This document shows, one piece after another, positions 20,243 to 30,572 of a stretch of 64,000 nucleotides of DNA (position 1 is the first letter of the stretch; each line of letters starts with the position of its first letter). This DNA is from Enterococcus phage AllMyExes. A program made the translations under genes and the position numbers. The stretch lies in sequence record PV544171.1, one strand, 5' to 3'. The notes under the pieces are model-generated. The model saw only the letters and a program-made list of their open reading frames with translations. It had not been told where the DNA came from and made no database searches.

Positions 20243-21871
20243 TTGCAAAGTCCATGCCTAAATATTGAATTAAAAGAAAAATTTAAATTAAACAAAGGTA
20301 TAACAGACTTTTTAGAGAGAGTTGCAGATAAATCTCAGAGATGGGGTGAAACAGTAGCCTCCCCTATCCGTAAAACGGATATGGCAAAAGAGACTGGAAA
20401 AAACCCTAGAACAATTACAAGATATATTAATCAATTAGAGGAACTAGGTTTAATAAAAACCGAAACAAAAAGAGGAATGAATGGAGGGACTTTAGTCGTG
20501 TTTAACACAGATATGCTTAATTTTGAGCCAAAGGAAAATCCTATCACGTCTGATACTAAACAAGCAAAGGAGATTAGAGAACAAGTCTTCCCTAAAGCCC
20601 CAACTAAAGTACCAAAACGCAGATATAGAACAAAAGCGGAGATAGCTGAGGCACGTATACTTAGTGAAAAACTTAAAAAACGTGAAGACATTTTAAATGA
20701 TAAAATTGAGTTTAACGTTGTTACTAGAAGTTTTTTCGACAGTTTTGACGAACCAGAAGCGTACTTTAAAGGCTATTTAATTTCAAGAATGTATAATGCT
20801 TATGTGACAATCATTCCTTATGAAAAATATAATAGACTGAAAAATTTAGATGAGAAAAAGGCTAAGCAACAACTACGAGCATACGAAAGCTCTTACAATT
20901 ACGATGTGTTGCCTAGAAGATTTGTTGGGACACCTCAGTACAAAAAATTTGTAGAGCTAGCTAAATATTGTGAAGAGAATAATATCAATCCTTTAGTTTA
21001 TTTAACAGTTCAATTTGATAGAACAGAGTTTTTGATTTCTGTAGGTAAAGCACGGGTAGGGGCTACACCCTATGTAAATACTTTGTTATGTGCAGAGGCT
21101 AAAGAGGCTTACACAAATAGAAAACTGTTCTACAGAATGTTACAGAACCAATATGGATTGTATACGTCTATCAATTCAGAAGCTACTTATTATGGTGCAA
21201 CTTATCCAATTATTTCAGGACTATTGAATGCTTACAATATGCCACAGAAGGACTTGTCACAGTTAGACACTGCTATTTGTGACTTAGAATATAAAAAAGA
21301 TATTGACAAAAAAGCAGGTACGTTGTACTCTTATTATACAGCAACACTTAAATCGTTAGATGAATCTGACGTATCTAGTGAAGCTAAAGAAAGTATTGCT
21401 AACTTCTTGAAAGAACAAGTTGCAAACTTTTCTAGTAAACGTGGACTAACTTCAACACAGTATGCCTTAGCATTCCCTATTCAGATAAACTCTGCACGCA
21501 GTTTATTAATGAATGAGGAAGACGAAGAACTACTTTATTTATTGTTAGGTAACCAGTCACGATTATCTAATGTAACAAATGATGAAGCTGAAATGTTTAT
21601 TAAACAAGGTAGAAAATTAAGTATGTCTTGGTGGGGCTCACAGAACTTCTCAAGAACAATGTTCATGTTAGCGGACTACTATGGGTTTAAAACAAATATA
21701 TCTAAGTTAGGTATGTACATTAAAGAATTTGGTGAGGAGAAAATTCCTTTAGATTCTGTAGGTATGTTAGATGTAAATAGAATCTATGATGTCTTAATGA
21801 CTGAACAAGAGATTTTAGAGATTGACAAAAGTAACTGGGAGAACCAAAAAGATATGCGTGACGACAAATAA
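20243..21871 (+). CDS. replication initiation (Rep)/helicase-loader-like protein with N-terminal winged HTH
   Basis: HTH-like RTITRYINQLEELGLIKTETKRGMNGG. Sits between two helicase genes, as the Rep gene does in K-like phages. Confidence 0.35.
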   Translation: MQSPCLNIELKEKFKLNKGITDFLERVADKSQRWGETVASPIRKTDMAKETGKNPRTITRYINQLEELGLIKTETKRGMNGGTLVVFNTDMLNFEPKENPITSDTKQAKEIREQVFPKAPTKVPKRRYRTKAEIAEARILSEKLKKREDILNDKIEFNVVTRSFFDSFDEPEAYFKGYLISRMYNAYVTIIPYEKYNRLKNLDEKKAKQQLRAYESSYNYDVLPRRFVGTPQYKKFVELAKYCEENNINPLVYLTVQFDRTEFLISVGKARVGATPYVNTLLCAEAKEAYTNRKLFYRMLQNQYGLYTSINSEATYYGATYPIISGLLNAYNMPQKDLSQLDTAICDLEYKKDIDKKAGTLYSYYTATLKSLDESDVSSEAKESIANFLKEQVANFSSKRGLTSTQYALAFPIQINSARSLLMNEEDEELLYLLLGNQSRLSNVTNDEAEMFIKQGRKLSMSWWGSQNFSRTMFMLADYYGFKTNISKLGMYIKEFGEEKIPLDSVGMLDVNRIYDVLMTEQEILEIDKSNWENQKDMRDDK

Positions 21872-21903
21872 GAAATATAAATGGGAGAGGGACGGATAGT
21901 AAG

Positions 21904-23376
21904 ATGAGTCAAATTCAAAAACAAGTTATTTATAGAGCATTAAGTGAGCCATTCTTTGCAAAGGAAATTCTAAGTAAAATTCCAATGGATGAGTTTAAAG
22001 ATTCTGGATATGAGATGATTGTTTCTACAATCAACTTATATTACAGAACACATGATGAGAGCTTAGAGGAACAGAGTTTATTAACACTAGTAGAAGATAA
22101 GATGTTAAAACAAAACAAAAGTTTGGAAGCTCAAAACAAAGTCTTTGAGGTAGTTAGCGACTTATACGAACTAGAGAACGAAGATGTAGACTCAGAAGTT
22201 ATCAGTGAGAACATTCAGAACTACGTTCGTAAGGTACTAACACGAGAAGCAATCATGAAATCTGTAACAAATGAAGGCACACTAGGCTCTGATAGTAATA
22301 TTCAACAGCTAATGGATGACTTGAGAGACATTCTTACTATCGAGACAGCAGGCAATAATTCAGAATTGCTAGACTTCTTCGATGACGTAGATAAAAAGAT
22401 GGAGTTACTTGCAAACTTGCAACAAAACAAATACCCAACTGGCTTCACAGCCATTGATGCTATTTCCGATGGTGGGCTAGCTCGTGGAGAAGTCGGGATG
22501 GTTGTTGCGCCTACTGGTGGTGGTAAAACTACTTGGGCAGTTAACCAAGCTAGAAACTATGTTGTACGTGGTTTAAATGTTCTTTATGTTCCTTTAGAGG
22601 AAAAAGTAGACCGTATGATTGTTCGTTTTGAACAATTATTATCACAACAAAGTAAGAAGAACATCTTAGTTGATGGTGAATTGAATAAAGACTTGTATAC
22701 CCAAATCCAACAGGCGTATGGAGCAGGTAAAGAACAGATGAATTGGGGTAACCTTTGGATTCGTAAATATAAACCACAAGAGCTAACACCTAGCGGTTTA
22801 TCTCAGTTAATCTCCGATGTAATGATTCGTAAAGGACAGCAAATTGATGTTGTCATTATTGACTACCCAGATTTAATGAAAAACCCTCATGCAAGCGGAA
22901 GCAATGGTGAATCAGATGCAGGAGGTAAACTGTATGAAGATATTCGTGCGATTGCACAAGAATATGATTTTGTTTGTTGGACGTTATCCCAGTTGAACCG
23001 AGCAAGCTATGGTCAAGATATTAAAAATGCAGGAGCTATCGAAGGTTCTAAACGTAAAATGAACGCAGTAGAACTTATTTTTACATTAAACCAAACATCA
23101 GAGGAGTTTAGTAACGGATATTTGAGAGCTTATGTAGATAAGTTACGTAATAATAGTGGGATTGCCTATGATAAAATGTTGTATTTTAAAGTACTCCCAG
23201 AAACTATGACTATTAGAGATGAAACACCAGAAGAACGAGCAGAACATGAAGCACTGTTAGCAGATAATGCGATGAATAGAGCAAGTAGCCATTCTGATGA
23301 GAATAACTACACAGCAAACGATGTTAATAAAAAGATAAGTAATTTGAATAATACCCTTTCAGGAGGTTGGAATTAA
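21904..23376 (+). CDS. DnaB-family replicative helicase
   Basis: Walker A GMVVAPTGGGKTTWAVNQA, Walker B VVIIDYPDLM (DnaB has LIVIDYLQLM), SQLNR (DnaB has SQLSR). Confidence 0.7.
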   Translation: MSQIQKQVIYRALSEPFFAKEILSKIPMDEFKDSGYEMIVSTINLYYRTHDESLEEQSLLTLVEDKMLKQNKSLEAQNKVFEVVSDLYELENEDVDSEVISENIQNYVRKVLTREAIMKSVTNEGTLGSDSNIQQLMDDLRDILTIETAGNNSELLDFFDDVDKKMELLANLQQNKYPTGFTAIDAISDGGLARGEVGMVVAPTGGGKTTWAVNQARNYVVRGLNVLYVPLEEKVDRMIVRFEQLLSQQSKKNILVDGELNKDLYTQIQQAYGAGKEQMNWGNLWIRKYKPQELTPSGLSQLISDVMIRKGQQIDVVIIDYPDLMKNPHASGSNGESDAGGKLYEDIRAIAQEYDFVCWTLSQLNRASYGQDIKNAGAIEGSKRKMNAVELIFTLNQTSEEFSNGYLRAYVDKLRNNSGIAYDKMLYFKVLPETMTIRDETPEERAEHEALLADNAMNRASSHSDENNYTANDVNKKISNLNNTLSGGWN

Positions 23377-24431
23377 TGAAACATATTATTAATTTTTCAG
23401 ATTTTCATATGCACTTTTTTAAAGATTTTTCAAAACCAGACCCAGAGTATGGAACTGATAGGGCAAAAGAGCAAATTACTATATTAGACAACTTGATGAA
23501 CTATGCACGAAACAAAAATGGGGATGTTTTATTTAATGGGGACATGTTCCATAAACGAGTATCTATTGATGTTAGAATATTTAATATGTTATTTCAAGTA
23601 ATTAGTAGTTACCCCGATGTCGATGTTATCATGGTCAGTGGTAATCATGATAAGGTAACTAACTCTCTATATTCAGATAGTGCTTTAGCACCATTTAGTG
23701 CTTTACCAAATGTTACAGTTTGTTCTACGTTAAACAAGATTGTGAAAGATGATTATACGTTGTATGCTGTTAGCTATGGGGAAGAGGTCGAAGAGATGAA
23801 AGCTTGGATAAAAGAACAAGCTGACAATTTAGACCATGAAACAGTTAATATTCTAAGTGCACACATTGGTGTAGATGGTTCATCTACTGGGAAGTACTCC
23901 CATACACTTGGTGGTGCTTTTAAAGTAGCTGATTTATACCCTGACAAGTTTGACATAGTTACATTGGGTCACTATCATAAACGACAATTTTTGGGAAACC
24001 TATCTAATGTGTTTTATGTGGGCAATACCTTACAGACTTCTTTTGCGGATGAAGGTCAAGAAAAAGGTTTTTATGATATTACTATAGAGGGTAAGAAGTG
24101 GGAACAAAAATTTATTAAAACTGACTATACTCCGTTTGAAACAGTAACAGCTGATAGTCCATCAACAACAGGTTCTATGGAGAAATCTTATATCCAGTTT
24201 ATCGGTAATGTGGACGAGGTTGAGGCTGTGAAGAGAATAAAAGAAGAGAACAACTTAAGTAATATTAGAATAAAAGTTCAGAAGGACTATCATGTTGAGC
24301 CACGTATAAACATAACAGCAGGTTCGACACCTAGTGAAGTTGTCAATGCATTTATTAGTAAAAAGTACCCTAACGCAAAAATAATTAAAGAAAAAGCTCT
24401 CGACTGTTTGAGAGAAGCAATGGAAGTGTAA
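23367..24431 (+). CDS. SbcD/Mre11-like nuclease (calcineurin-like metallophosphatase)
   Basis: MVSGNHD and GHYH motifs. Overlaps the upstream stop. Followed by an SbcC-like gene. Confidence 0.65.
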   Translation: MELMKHIINFSDFHMHFFKDFSKPDPEYGTDRAKEQITILDNLMNYARNKNGDVLFNGDMFHKRVSIDVRIFNMLFQVISSYPDVDVIMVSGNHDKVTNSLYSDSALAPFSALPNVTVCSTLNKIVKDDYTLYAVSYGEEVEEMKAWIKEQADNLDHETVNILSAHIGVDGSSTGKYSHTLGGAFKVADLYPDKFDIVTLGHYHKRQFLGNLSNVFYVGNTLQTSFADEGQEKGFYDITIEGKKWEQKFIKTDYTPFETVTADSPSTTGSMEKSYIQFIGNVDEVEAVKRIKEENNLSNIRIKVQKDYHVEPRINITAGSTPSEVVNAFISKKYPNAKIIKEKALDCLREAMEV

Positions 24432-24440
24432 TAATTGTTC

Positions 24441-24467
24441 AGCCTAGATATATCTAGGCTTTTTTGC
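24441..24467 (+). terminator. rho-independent terminator (AGCCTAGATA/TATCTAGGCT plus T6)
   Basis: Perfect palindrome. Confidence 0.65.
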
Positions 24468-24476
24468 GTTGTACTA

Positions 24477-24505
24477 TTGACTTTATTAGTATTTTGAAGT
24501 ATAAT
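24477..24505 (+). promoter_or_regulatory. sigma-A-type promoter TTGACT-N17-TATAAT
   Basis: Directly after the terminator at 24441-24467 and upstream of the SbcC-like gene. Confidence 0.55.
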
Positions 24506-24546
24506 ATGTTTATTGAAATAATTAATTAATATTTTGGGAGGAAAAG

Positions 24547-26439
24547 ATGTTAAAGTTTAAACGAGTTAGCGCAGAGAACTATATGTCCATTGGCTCTGTA
24601 TCTATTGATTTAGACAACCAAGGACTCGTACTTATCGAAGGTATAAATGATACAAACGAAACATTTCAGAGTAATGGCTCAGGTAAAAGTACTTTACTGT
24701 CTACCGTTACTTATGCATTGTATGGAGCTACCCCTAGTGGTTTGAAAGCTGATGCTGTAATTAATAAACAAGCAAAGAAAAATATGTCAGTGATTTTAGA
24801 ATTTGAAAAAGATGGGGTACCATATCGTATCGAACGTTATCGTAAACACTCTAAACATAAAAATACTACTAGATTTTTCCAAGGAACAAATGATATAACT
24901 CAGAAATCTGTAGCAGACACCGACAAAAAGATTCAAGATGTGTTCGGTATTGACTACCTGACTTATGCTAATAGTATCATGTATGGTCAGGGTAACGTAG
25001 AAATATTTGCTACAGCGACTGATAAGGGTAAAAAACAAATCTTAGAGAATTTAGCTGATATTGGTGTTTACCGATATGCACAGGATGTTGCTAAAGAAAG
25101 AGCACAAAAAGCACTAGCTCTTGCAGAAGAGCTGAACAGACAGTACATTGCTAAGACATATGAAAAAGATGGGTTAACTCAATCTTATAATAGTGCTTTA
25201 CAACAATACGAGAATACAGAAAAGCTGATTCAACAAAAAGAGAGTGAGTTAGCTAATGCAGAATTAGCTATTAAACAAAGTGAGAAGAATTTATCAGAGG
25301 GAAGAGCACTACGTGAACCCGAATTAGAAAAGCTAAGAGAGCAGATGGCACAACTAACTTCCCCTGCAGACGTTCGTGAAATTGATGTAGAAGTTGAAAC
25401 ACAGTATTCTAACGTTAGTAGATTGTCTAGTGCAAAAACACAGAATGATACTGCTATTGAGAAATTAAAAAAAGAACTAGAAGATGTTAAAACAAATACA
25501 AATTGCTACCTATGTGGTGCTTTATTGAGTCCACAGCATAGAGAACAAGAAATTCAACGCATTCAAAGAGAAATAGCGGATAAAGAAGTGTTTATCGAAA
25601 AGCTTAATAGTGCATTAGCAGTGTATTCCCCTCTGTTAGAGCAAGCAAGAGCTAAACAAGAGGAAGCAAGAAAAGCTATTCAAGAACATACTAATATTTA
25701 TCATAAACTTAATGGTGAAATGAATGCGTTGTATCATGAGATAGATACATTAGAGAACACATTGAACACCTCTATTAATAATAGGGACAGCATTAAGGAT
25801 ATGTTAGCAAGACTACAAGAAATACCTAAACCTCAGTATGACTATGACAAAGACCGAGAAATAGAAGATGAACTAAATAACATTAATCAATTAAAGTTAG
25901 ATGCCGAAGAAGAAGCTAGTCAATATAAAACTATTGCACAAGAAATTTTCTCCAATAAAGGCATACGCTCTGAGGTACTTGACCTAGTTACACCTTTCTT
26001 AAATGAAAGAGCAAACCATTACTTATCTACCCTTTCAGGTTCAGATATTGAAATAAACTTTAGTACCCAAACAGAGAAAGCAGATGGTAGTTTAGCTGAT
26101 AAGTTTGACTTAGAGGTAGTGAATGGCTCTGGTGGAAACACATATCAAGCAAACTCCGAGGGAGAGAAGAAGAGAATTGATTTAGCAATATCTTTTGCTA
26201 TTCAAGATTTAGTTCAGTCAAAAGCAAACATTGCTGTTAATTTAGGTTTGTACGATGAGTGTTTTGATGGTTTAGATGCAATTGGTTGTGAGAACGTTAT
26301 TAAAATATTGAAAGAACGCCAAAAGAACATTAGTAGTATTTTCGTAATAACTCACTCGGAGAACTTGAAGCCATTGTTTGAGAACGTAATCACTATGAAA
26401 AAAGTTCAAGGTCGTTCTTACCTTGAAGAAAGTAAATAG
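24547..26439 (+). CDS. SbcC/Rad50-like ATPase
   Basis: Walker A SNGSGKST, central coiled coil with a CYLCG zinc-hook CxxC, C-terminal LYDECFDGLD (Walker B/D-loop). Confidence 0.7.
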   Translation: MLKFKRVSAENYMSIGSVSIDLDNQGLVLIEGINDTNETFQSNGSGKSTLLSTVTYALYGATPSGLKADAVINKQAKKNMSVILEFEKDGVPYRIERYRKHSKHKNTTRFFQGTNDITQKSVADTDKKIQDVFGIDYLTYANSIMYGQGNVEIFATATDKGKKQILENLADIGVYRYAQDVAKERAQKALALAEELNRQYIAKTYEKDGLTQSYNSALQQYENTEKLIQQKESELANAELAIKQSEKNLSEGRALREPELEKLREQMAQLTSPADVREIDVEVETQYSNVSRLSSAKTQNDTAIEKLKKELEDVKTNTNCYLCGALLSPQHREQEIQRIQREIADKEVFIEKLNSALAVYSPLLEQARAKQEEARKAIQEHTNIYHKLNGEMNALYHEIDTLENTLNTSINNRDSIKDMLARLQEIPKPQYDYDKDREIEDELNNINQLKLDAEEEASQYKTIAQEIFSNKGIRSEVLDLVTPFLNERANHYLSTLSGSDIEINFSTQTEKADGSLADKFDLEVVNGSGGNTYQANSEGEKKRIDLAISFAIQDLVQSKANIAVNLGLYDECFDGLDAIGCENVIKILKERQKNISSIFVITHSENLKPLFENVITMKKVQGRSYLEESK

Positions 26440-26447
26440 GTGATTAC

Positions 26448-27113
26448 ATGAAGATTTATACATTAAGTAGAGAGTTAAACGAAGGTACTATATTTGTACC
26501 TACAAGTAGTAGTAATGAAGGGAAACTATTTAGCTTCCCGTTAGAGACACTGTTCGATTGGTACCCTTGTTGCCCAAGATATGAGTATCAGTATAGTACT
26601 TCTCGAAAAAAACTATATTTGAGATTGTTAGACTCAGACAAAACATTAGTAGCTAGATACGGTGTTGTGGATAATAAAAAGAGAGTTATTTCAAAAATAG
26701 CTTGCTTTAATGAGAATGAATGGTATAATGAAGAAGTGGCAAATGAGAATGCAGAGTTGTTTAACTTTGCTGAACAATATGACATTGTTACACCTTTAAA
26801 AGACGATTATACATTAAAAGAAGTAGATGATAGCATTTCTAAAGTACTGGATATTCTTGATTTACTTTATACAAACCAAAAAGTTAAAGTAGAGGAAGAG
26901 CTCATAAATAAAGTGGATACTCTACAATTGAGCAAGCCAGACTCAGATGAACTTAAACAAGCGTATAAGGACATATCTGAGTATATGCGATTAGACAGAG
27001 AGGAAAAGGCTACTTATGTGTTAAGCAGGTCACTAGACTCTTTAAATAGTGTTTATGAAAAATTTGGTAATGTGTATACAATGTTAAATATTATGAGGAA
27101 AGTAGTGGCTTAA
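26448..27113 (+). CDS. hypothetical protein
   Basis: ORF with RBS AGGTGA. Confidence 0.3.
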   Translation: MKIYTLSRELNEGTIFVPTSSSNEGKLFSFPLETLFDWYPCCPRYEYQYSTSRKKLYLRLLDSDKTLVARYGVVDNKKRVISKIACFNENEWYNEEVANENAELFNFAEQYDIVTPLKDDYTLKEVDDSISKVLDILDLLYTNQKVKVEEELINKVDTLQLSKPDSDELKQAYKDISEYMRLDREEKATYVLSRSLDSLNSVYEKFGNVYTMLNIMRKVVA

Positions 27114-28172
27114 ATGTTTACAGACTTGTTATCTAACGAATTAGGTTCACCTAAATATGCAGTAAGGGACTACAGGTACAATTGCCCTTTTTGCGACTAC
27201 GATACTAAGTATAAGTTTTATGTTAGGGTAGAAGAAGGACACCCAAAGAATAACTTATGGCATTGTTTTAAGTGTGGTAGTTCAGGTAACCCAGTATCTT
27301 TTGTAATGAAGTATTACAACGTGTCTTTTAAAGAAGCGCTAGAGATATTAGAAGAATATGGCTATAGGTTTAATAATAAAAATTATGTGCCTAAATCAGA
27401 TAAGTTAACTGATGAGGAATACTTATTACTTCTTCTAGGTTCGTTAGGTAAGCCAAAAGAAGAAACTAAACAAGCTAAAAAAGAGTTAGTAGCACCCCCA
27501 CTGCCAGATGGTTTTAAACTACTAAGCCAGAACCTGAGAGAGCCAGAAGCGTACCCTTTCTTATTATACTGTAATAAGAGGGGGTTTACATTGAATGATA
27601 TTTATATGCACAATATTGGATATGTAAAAGATTCTTGGGTACCCTTAGAAAATGGTAAGTCAGTCAGACTCAAAGACCACTTAGTTTTTTTAACTCATGG
27701 AAAAGATGGTAAGTATCAATATTGGAATACTAGAGCTATTGGGGAAAGCTTTATTAAGTCTTTGAACGCTCCAAGTAAAGAGGGTGAGCATTCAAAAAAG
27801 GATACTATATTTAATATTAATAGAGCTAGTCAAACCCCTCAGATAGTTATAACAGAAGGTGTTCCAGATGCATTAACAATTGGTGAGTCTGGTGTAGGTA
27901 CTTTTGGTAAACAAGTGACTGACGAGCAAGTTGAACTTATTTTAGATAGTGTGAATGAAGAGCAAAAAATATTTATCTATTTAGATAAAGATGCTAAAAA
28001 AGAAATTAAGAAGTTAGCAGAGAAACTATATAAGAGACATAACGAGACTTATGTAGTTATAAGCCCAACAACTCAAGATGCAAATAGTCTAGGGAGAGAA
28101 GAAGCTTGGAATATTATAAATAACTACTCTGTAAAAGCAGATGGAGTAGGGTTAATAAAATTAATGTTATAG
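27114..28172 (+). CDS. DnaG-type DNA primase (zinc finger plus Toprim)
   Basis: CPFCDYD...HCFKCG zinc-binding motif, Toprim ITEGVPDALT, YLDKDAKKE. Confidence 0.65.
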   Translation: MFTDLLSNELGSPKYAVRDYRYNCPFCDYDTKYKFYVRVEEGHPKNNLWHCFKCGSSGNPVSFVMKYYNVSFKEALEILEEYGYRFNNKNYVPKSDKLTDEEYLLLLLGSLGKPKEETKQAKKELVAPPLPDGFKLLSQNLREPEAYPFLLYCNKRGFTLNDIYMHNIGYVKDSWVPLENGKSVRLKDHLVFLTHGKDGKYQYWNTRAIGESFIKSLNAPSKEGEHSKKDTIFNINRASQTPQIVITEGVPDALTIGESGVGTFGKQVTDEQVELILDSVNEEQKIFIYLDKDAKKEIKKLAEKLYKRHNETYVVISPTTQDANSLGREEAWNIINNYSVKADGVGLIKLML

Positions 28173-28188
28173 ATAGGAGAGGGAAAAA

Positions 28189-28821
28189 ATGAGGTATACA
28201 CTAGAAGATTTACATGCAGGTATGAAACTACGCTGTACAGATGATAAAGAGTTTAGCCATTGGACTACTGGTAAAATCTATGAGCTAAAGGAAGACCCTG
28301 CAGGTCGCATGTATATTAGGGACGACAACGGAGGGAAAGTCTGTGATACAAGCATCTTATCACGTTTAAATGGCAACACAGGGAACGCAGAATTTGAGGT
28401 TGTTGCTAAGGTGATAAAGGATACAGGTTACACAGAAGAAGACCTTGAAGAAGGGATGTTACTTCACTGTAAAGATGATATGAACCTCCCATGGTGGGCT
28501 ACAGGGCAAACCTATGAAATCTATAAGGGTGAAAAAGGAATTTTATTTACTAAGTCAGGAGACGGTAACCAATACTGTGCTAAAGAAATAGTAGCTCGAT
28601 TAAATGGTGGTGCAAGCGGGTCTTTTGAATTACTAGAAAGACCACATAAAGCAGAGTTGGAAAAGAAAGTAGAAGCAAGAATTAAGGAACTAGAAAAAGA
28701 GAAACGGCGTTTATTCGACAAGCAACAGCAACTTAAGGTGGAAGAAAGTGAAGTAGCTGTAGAAATCAGTAAACTACGTGAAGCATTAAAAGCAATTGAC
28801 ATACTAAGAGAATTTGAATAA
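28189..28821 (+). CDS. hypothetical protein with tandem beta-domains of about 65 aa and a C-terminal coiled coil
   Basis: Two internal copies of (LxxGMxLxCxDD...W.TGx.YE...). A paralog begins at 63416. Confidence 0.4.
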   Translation: MRYTLEDLHAGMKLRCTDDKEFSHWTTGKIYELKEDPAGRMYIRDDNGGKVCDTSILSRLNGNTGNAEFEVVAKVIKDTGYTEEDLEEGMLLHCKDDMNLPWWATGQTYEIYKGEKGILFTKSGDGNQYCAKEIVARLNGGASGSFELLERPHKAELEKKVEARIKELEKEKRRLFDKQQQLKVEESEVAVEISKLREALKAIDILREFE

Positions 28822-28846
28822 GAATCACTATAGGAGGCTAACAAGG

Positions 28847-29731
28847 ATGGGAAGAGTATCAGTATATTTTCTAAATAGCAGAAATATTATGGATGAGGAT
28901 GAGACAAAGCGTACTTATCATGGAACATTTAACTCGATGAAAGAAGCAGAGCAGTCAGTTCGTGACTGGTGGAAAGCAAATGACTTTAAGTGTAGTACCC
29001 TTAGAATTATTGAAGGTACTGAGGATGGGATTGTTCGTTGGGACTACGGAAACCATACTGGGTTCTATCTATTTGTACCAGAAGGTGCTGTAGTAAAATA
29101 CACAATCCGTGAAGGCGCTAAGAAACCAAAACGAGGAAGAGAAAATGATGTAGCACATGACTTATTTACAGCAGACGATGGGGTGGTTATTCCCGGGAGA
29201 TTAGGTTCAAATGTTATTTCTACTGGAATAAAAACATCGTTTGACCCCAAACAATATGGTTTATTCATTAACCCTCGAGGTGGTATGATGAAATACCCAA
29301 TCACTTTAGGAAACACACAAGGTGTAGTGGAAGGGGAATATCGTGGAGAGGTTGGTTTGCCACTTAAAAATACGTTCTCTTTACAATTAGATGCAAGAGC
29401 TGTTTCTAAGAACGTTTTAACAATCAATGAAGAAGGTAAACTTATTAACATCCCAGTAACAGTAGCTCGGTCAATGTATCCAAGCTTCAATACTCTTTAT
29501 GAAAAACAGCTAGAGAAGCTAAGTGAGGAACTACAGCTAGTCTATGGAGGAGAAGTTAGAATATCTAATGCTGATGAGTATGTGGTTGCGGGAACACTAT
29601 TTATCCCAAAAGGCACTCGTTTATGCCAAGCTTTCTTACTACCACGATACGACACACAGTTTGTTGAAGTATCAGCGTTAGGCACAACTGAACGAGGAGA
29701 AGGCGCATATGGTTCATCTGGGGTGGTATAG
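28847..29731 (+). CDS. dUTPase-fold (dUTPase/dCTP-deaminase superfamily) protein with an insertion
   Basis: VAHDLF (motif 1-like), NPRGGM (motif 2), GVVEGEYRGEV (motif 3, consensus GvIDxDYRGE), GTRLCQAFL (motif 4, consensus RIAQ). Start moved to the ATG at 28847, 9 nt after AGGAGG. Confidence 0.5.
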   Translation: MGRVSVYFLNSRNIMDEDETKRTYHGTFNSMKEAEQSVRDWWKANDFKCSTLRIIEGTEDGIVRWDYGNHTGFYLFVPEGAVVKYTIREGAKKPKRGRENDVAHDLFTADDGVVIPGRLGSNVISTGIKTSFDPKQYGLFINPRGGMMKYPITLGNTQGVVEGEYRGEVGLPLKNTFSLQLDARAVSKNVLTINEEGKLINIPVTVARSMYPSFNTLYEKQLEKLSEELQLVYGGEVRISNADEYVVAGTLFIPKGTRLCQAFLLPRYDTQFVEVSALGTTERGEGAYGSSGVV

Positions 29732-29733
29732 CC

Positions 29734-29964
29734 ATGCTCATCCCAGAATTTAAACCACCATTATTGTACGTTATGGGTAGCTTTTCTGTTATGTTAGAAA
29801 AACACCAGTGCAGTGTAACTTTTGATTTAAGAGAGCCTTATTTAGGTACCTCTTACGATAAAATAGTGAAGCTTATTAAAATGACTTACCCAAACTACAG
29901 CTTAACTTATGTAGGGATGACAGATAATAAATATAAGTTCACATTAAAGAATAAGGAGGACTAG
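29734..29964 (+). CDS. hypothetical protein
   Basis: ORF only. Confidence 0.3.
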   Translation: MLIPEFKPPLLYVMGSFSVMLEKHQCSVTFDLREPYLGTSYDKIVKLIKMTYPNYSLTYVGMTDNKYKFTLKNKED

Positions 29965-29965
29965 C

Positions 29966-30274
29966 ATGTACACCAAGAAAGAAGAAGTAGTAACAGTTAA
30001 ACACCTAGTTGATAAAGAGCAAATTAGAGTAGGGGACATAGTAGGTTACAAAAAGATTATTAGAGGGTTCGATGCAAAAAGAGTAAAAGACACACTCTCA
30101 GTAACAAATCAAATAGGTGTAGTTTCTCGTGTATGTGACGAGTATATTACTGTTCATGACTTTTTTGATAAATGCTCACGAGAAATATGGGCAAAGACAT
30201 TTGAAAATTTAGAAGTTCGCAAAATAGAGGACGGCAACAGCCTACTACGGAGGTACGAAAATGAATTTCGTTGA
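29966..30274 (+). CDS. hypothetical protein
   Basis: ORF only. Confidence 0.3.
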   Translation: MYTKKEEVVTVKHLVDKEQIRVGDIVGYKKIIRGFDAKRVKDTLSVTNQIGVVSRVCDEYITVHDFFDKCSREIWAKTFENLEVRKIEDGNSLLRRYENEFR

Positions 30275-30572
30275 TTATTTTAATCAGATGCAGAATTTAG
30301 TGATTGAAGAAAAAACAGATGAGTATGTTTTACTAGAGAAAGAACATGGTCAAAAGTATGTGACATATCAAGAGCTAGAAGGAGCGTTAAGCACAGTAGC
30401 ACGCAACACTGCATTTATGGTAGAGAATTATAACCTTATGCAAGATATTAATTTAAAAATTGTATTGAAAAAATTAAAAGACAGTGGTACAATTACAGAA
30501 GAGCTTGAAAAAGAGATTCTTAAAGAGTTCAAAAATATTGAAAGTTTAATGGAGGACGAAACATATGAGTAA
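30261..30572 (+). CDS. hypothetical protein
   Basis: ORF only. Confidence 0.3.
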   Translation: MNFVDYFNQMQNLVIEEKTDEYVLLEKEHGQKYVTYQELEGALSTVARNTAFMVENYNLMQDINLKIVLKKLKDSGTITEELEKEILKEFKNIESLMEDETYE

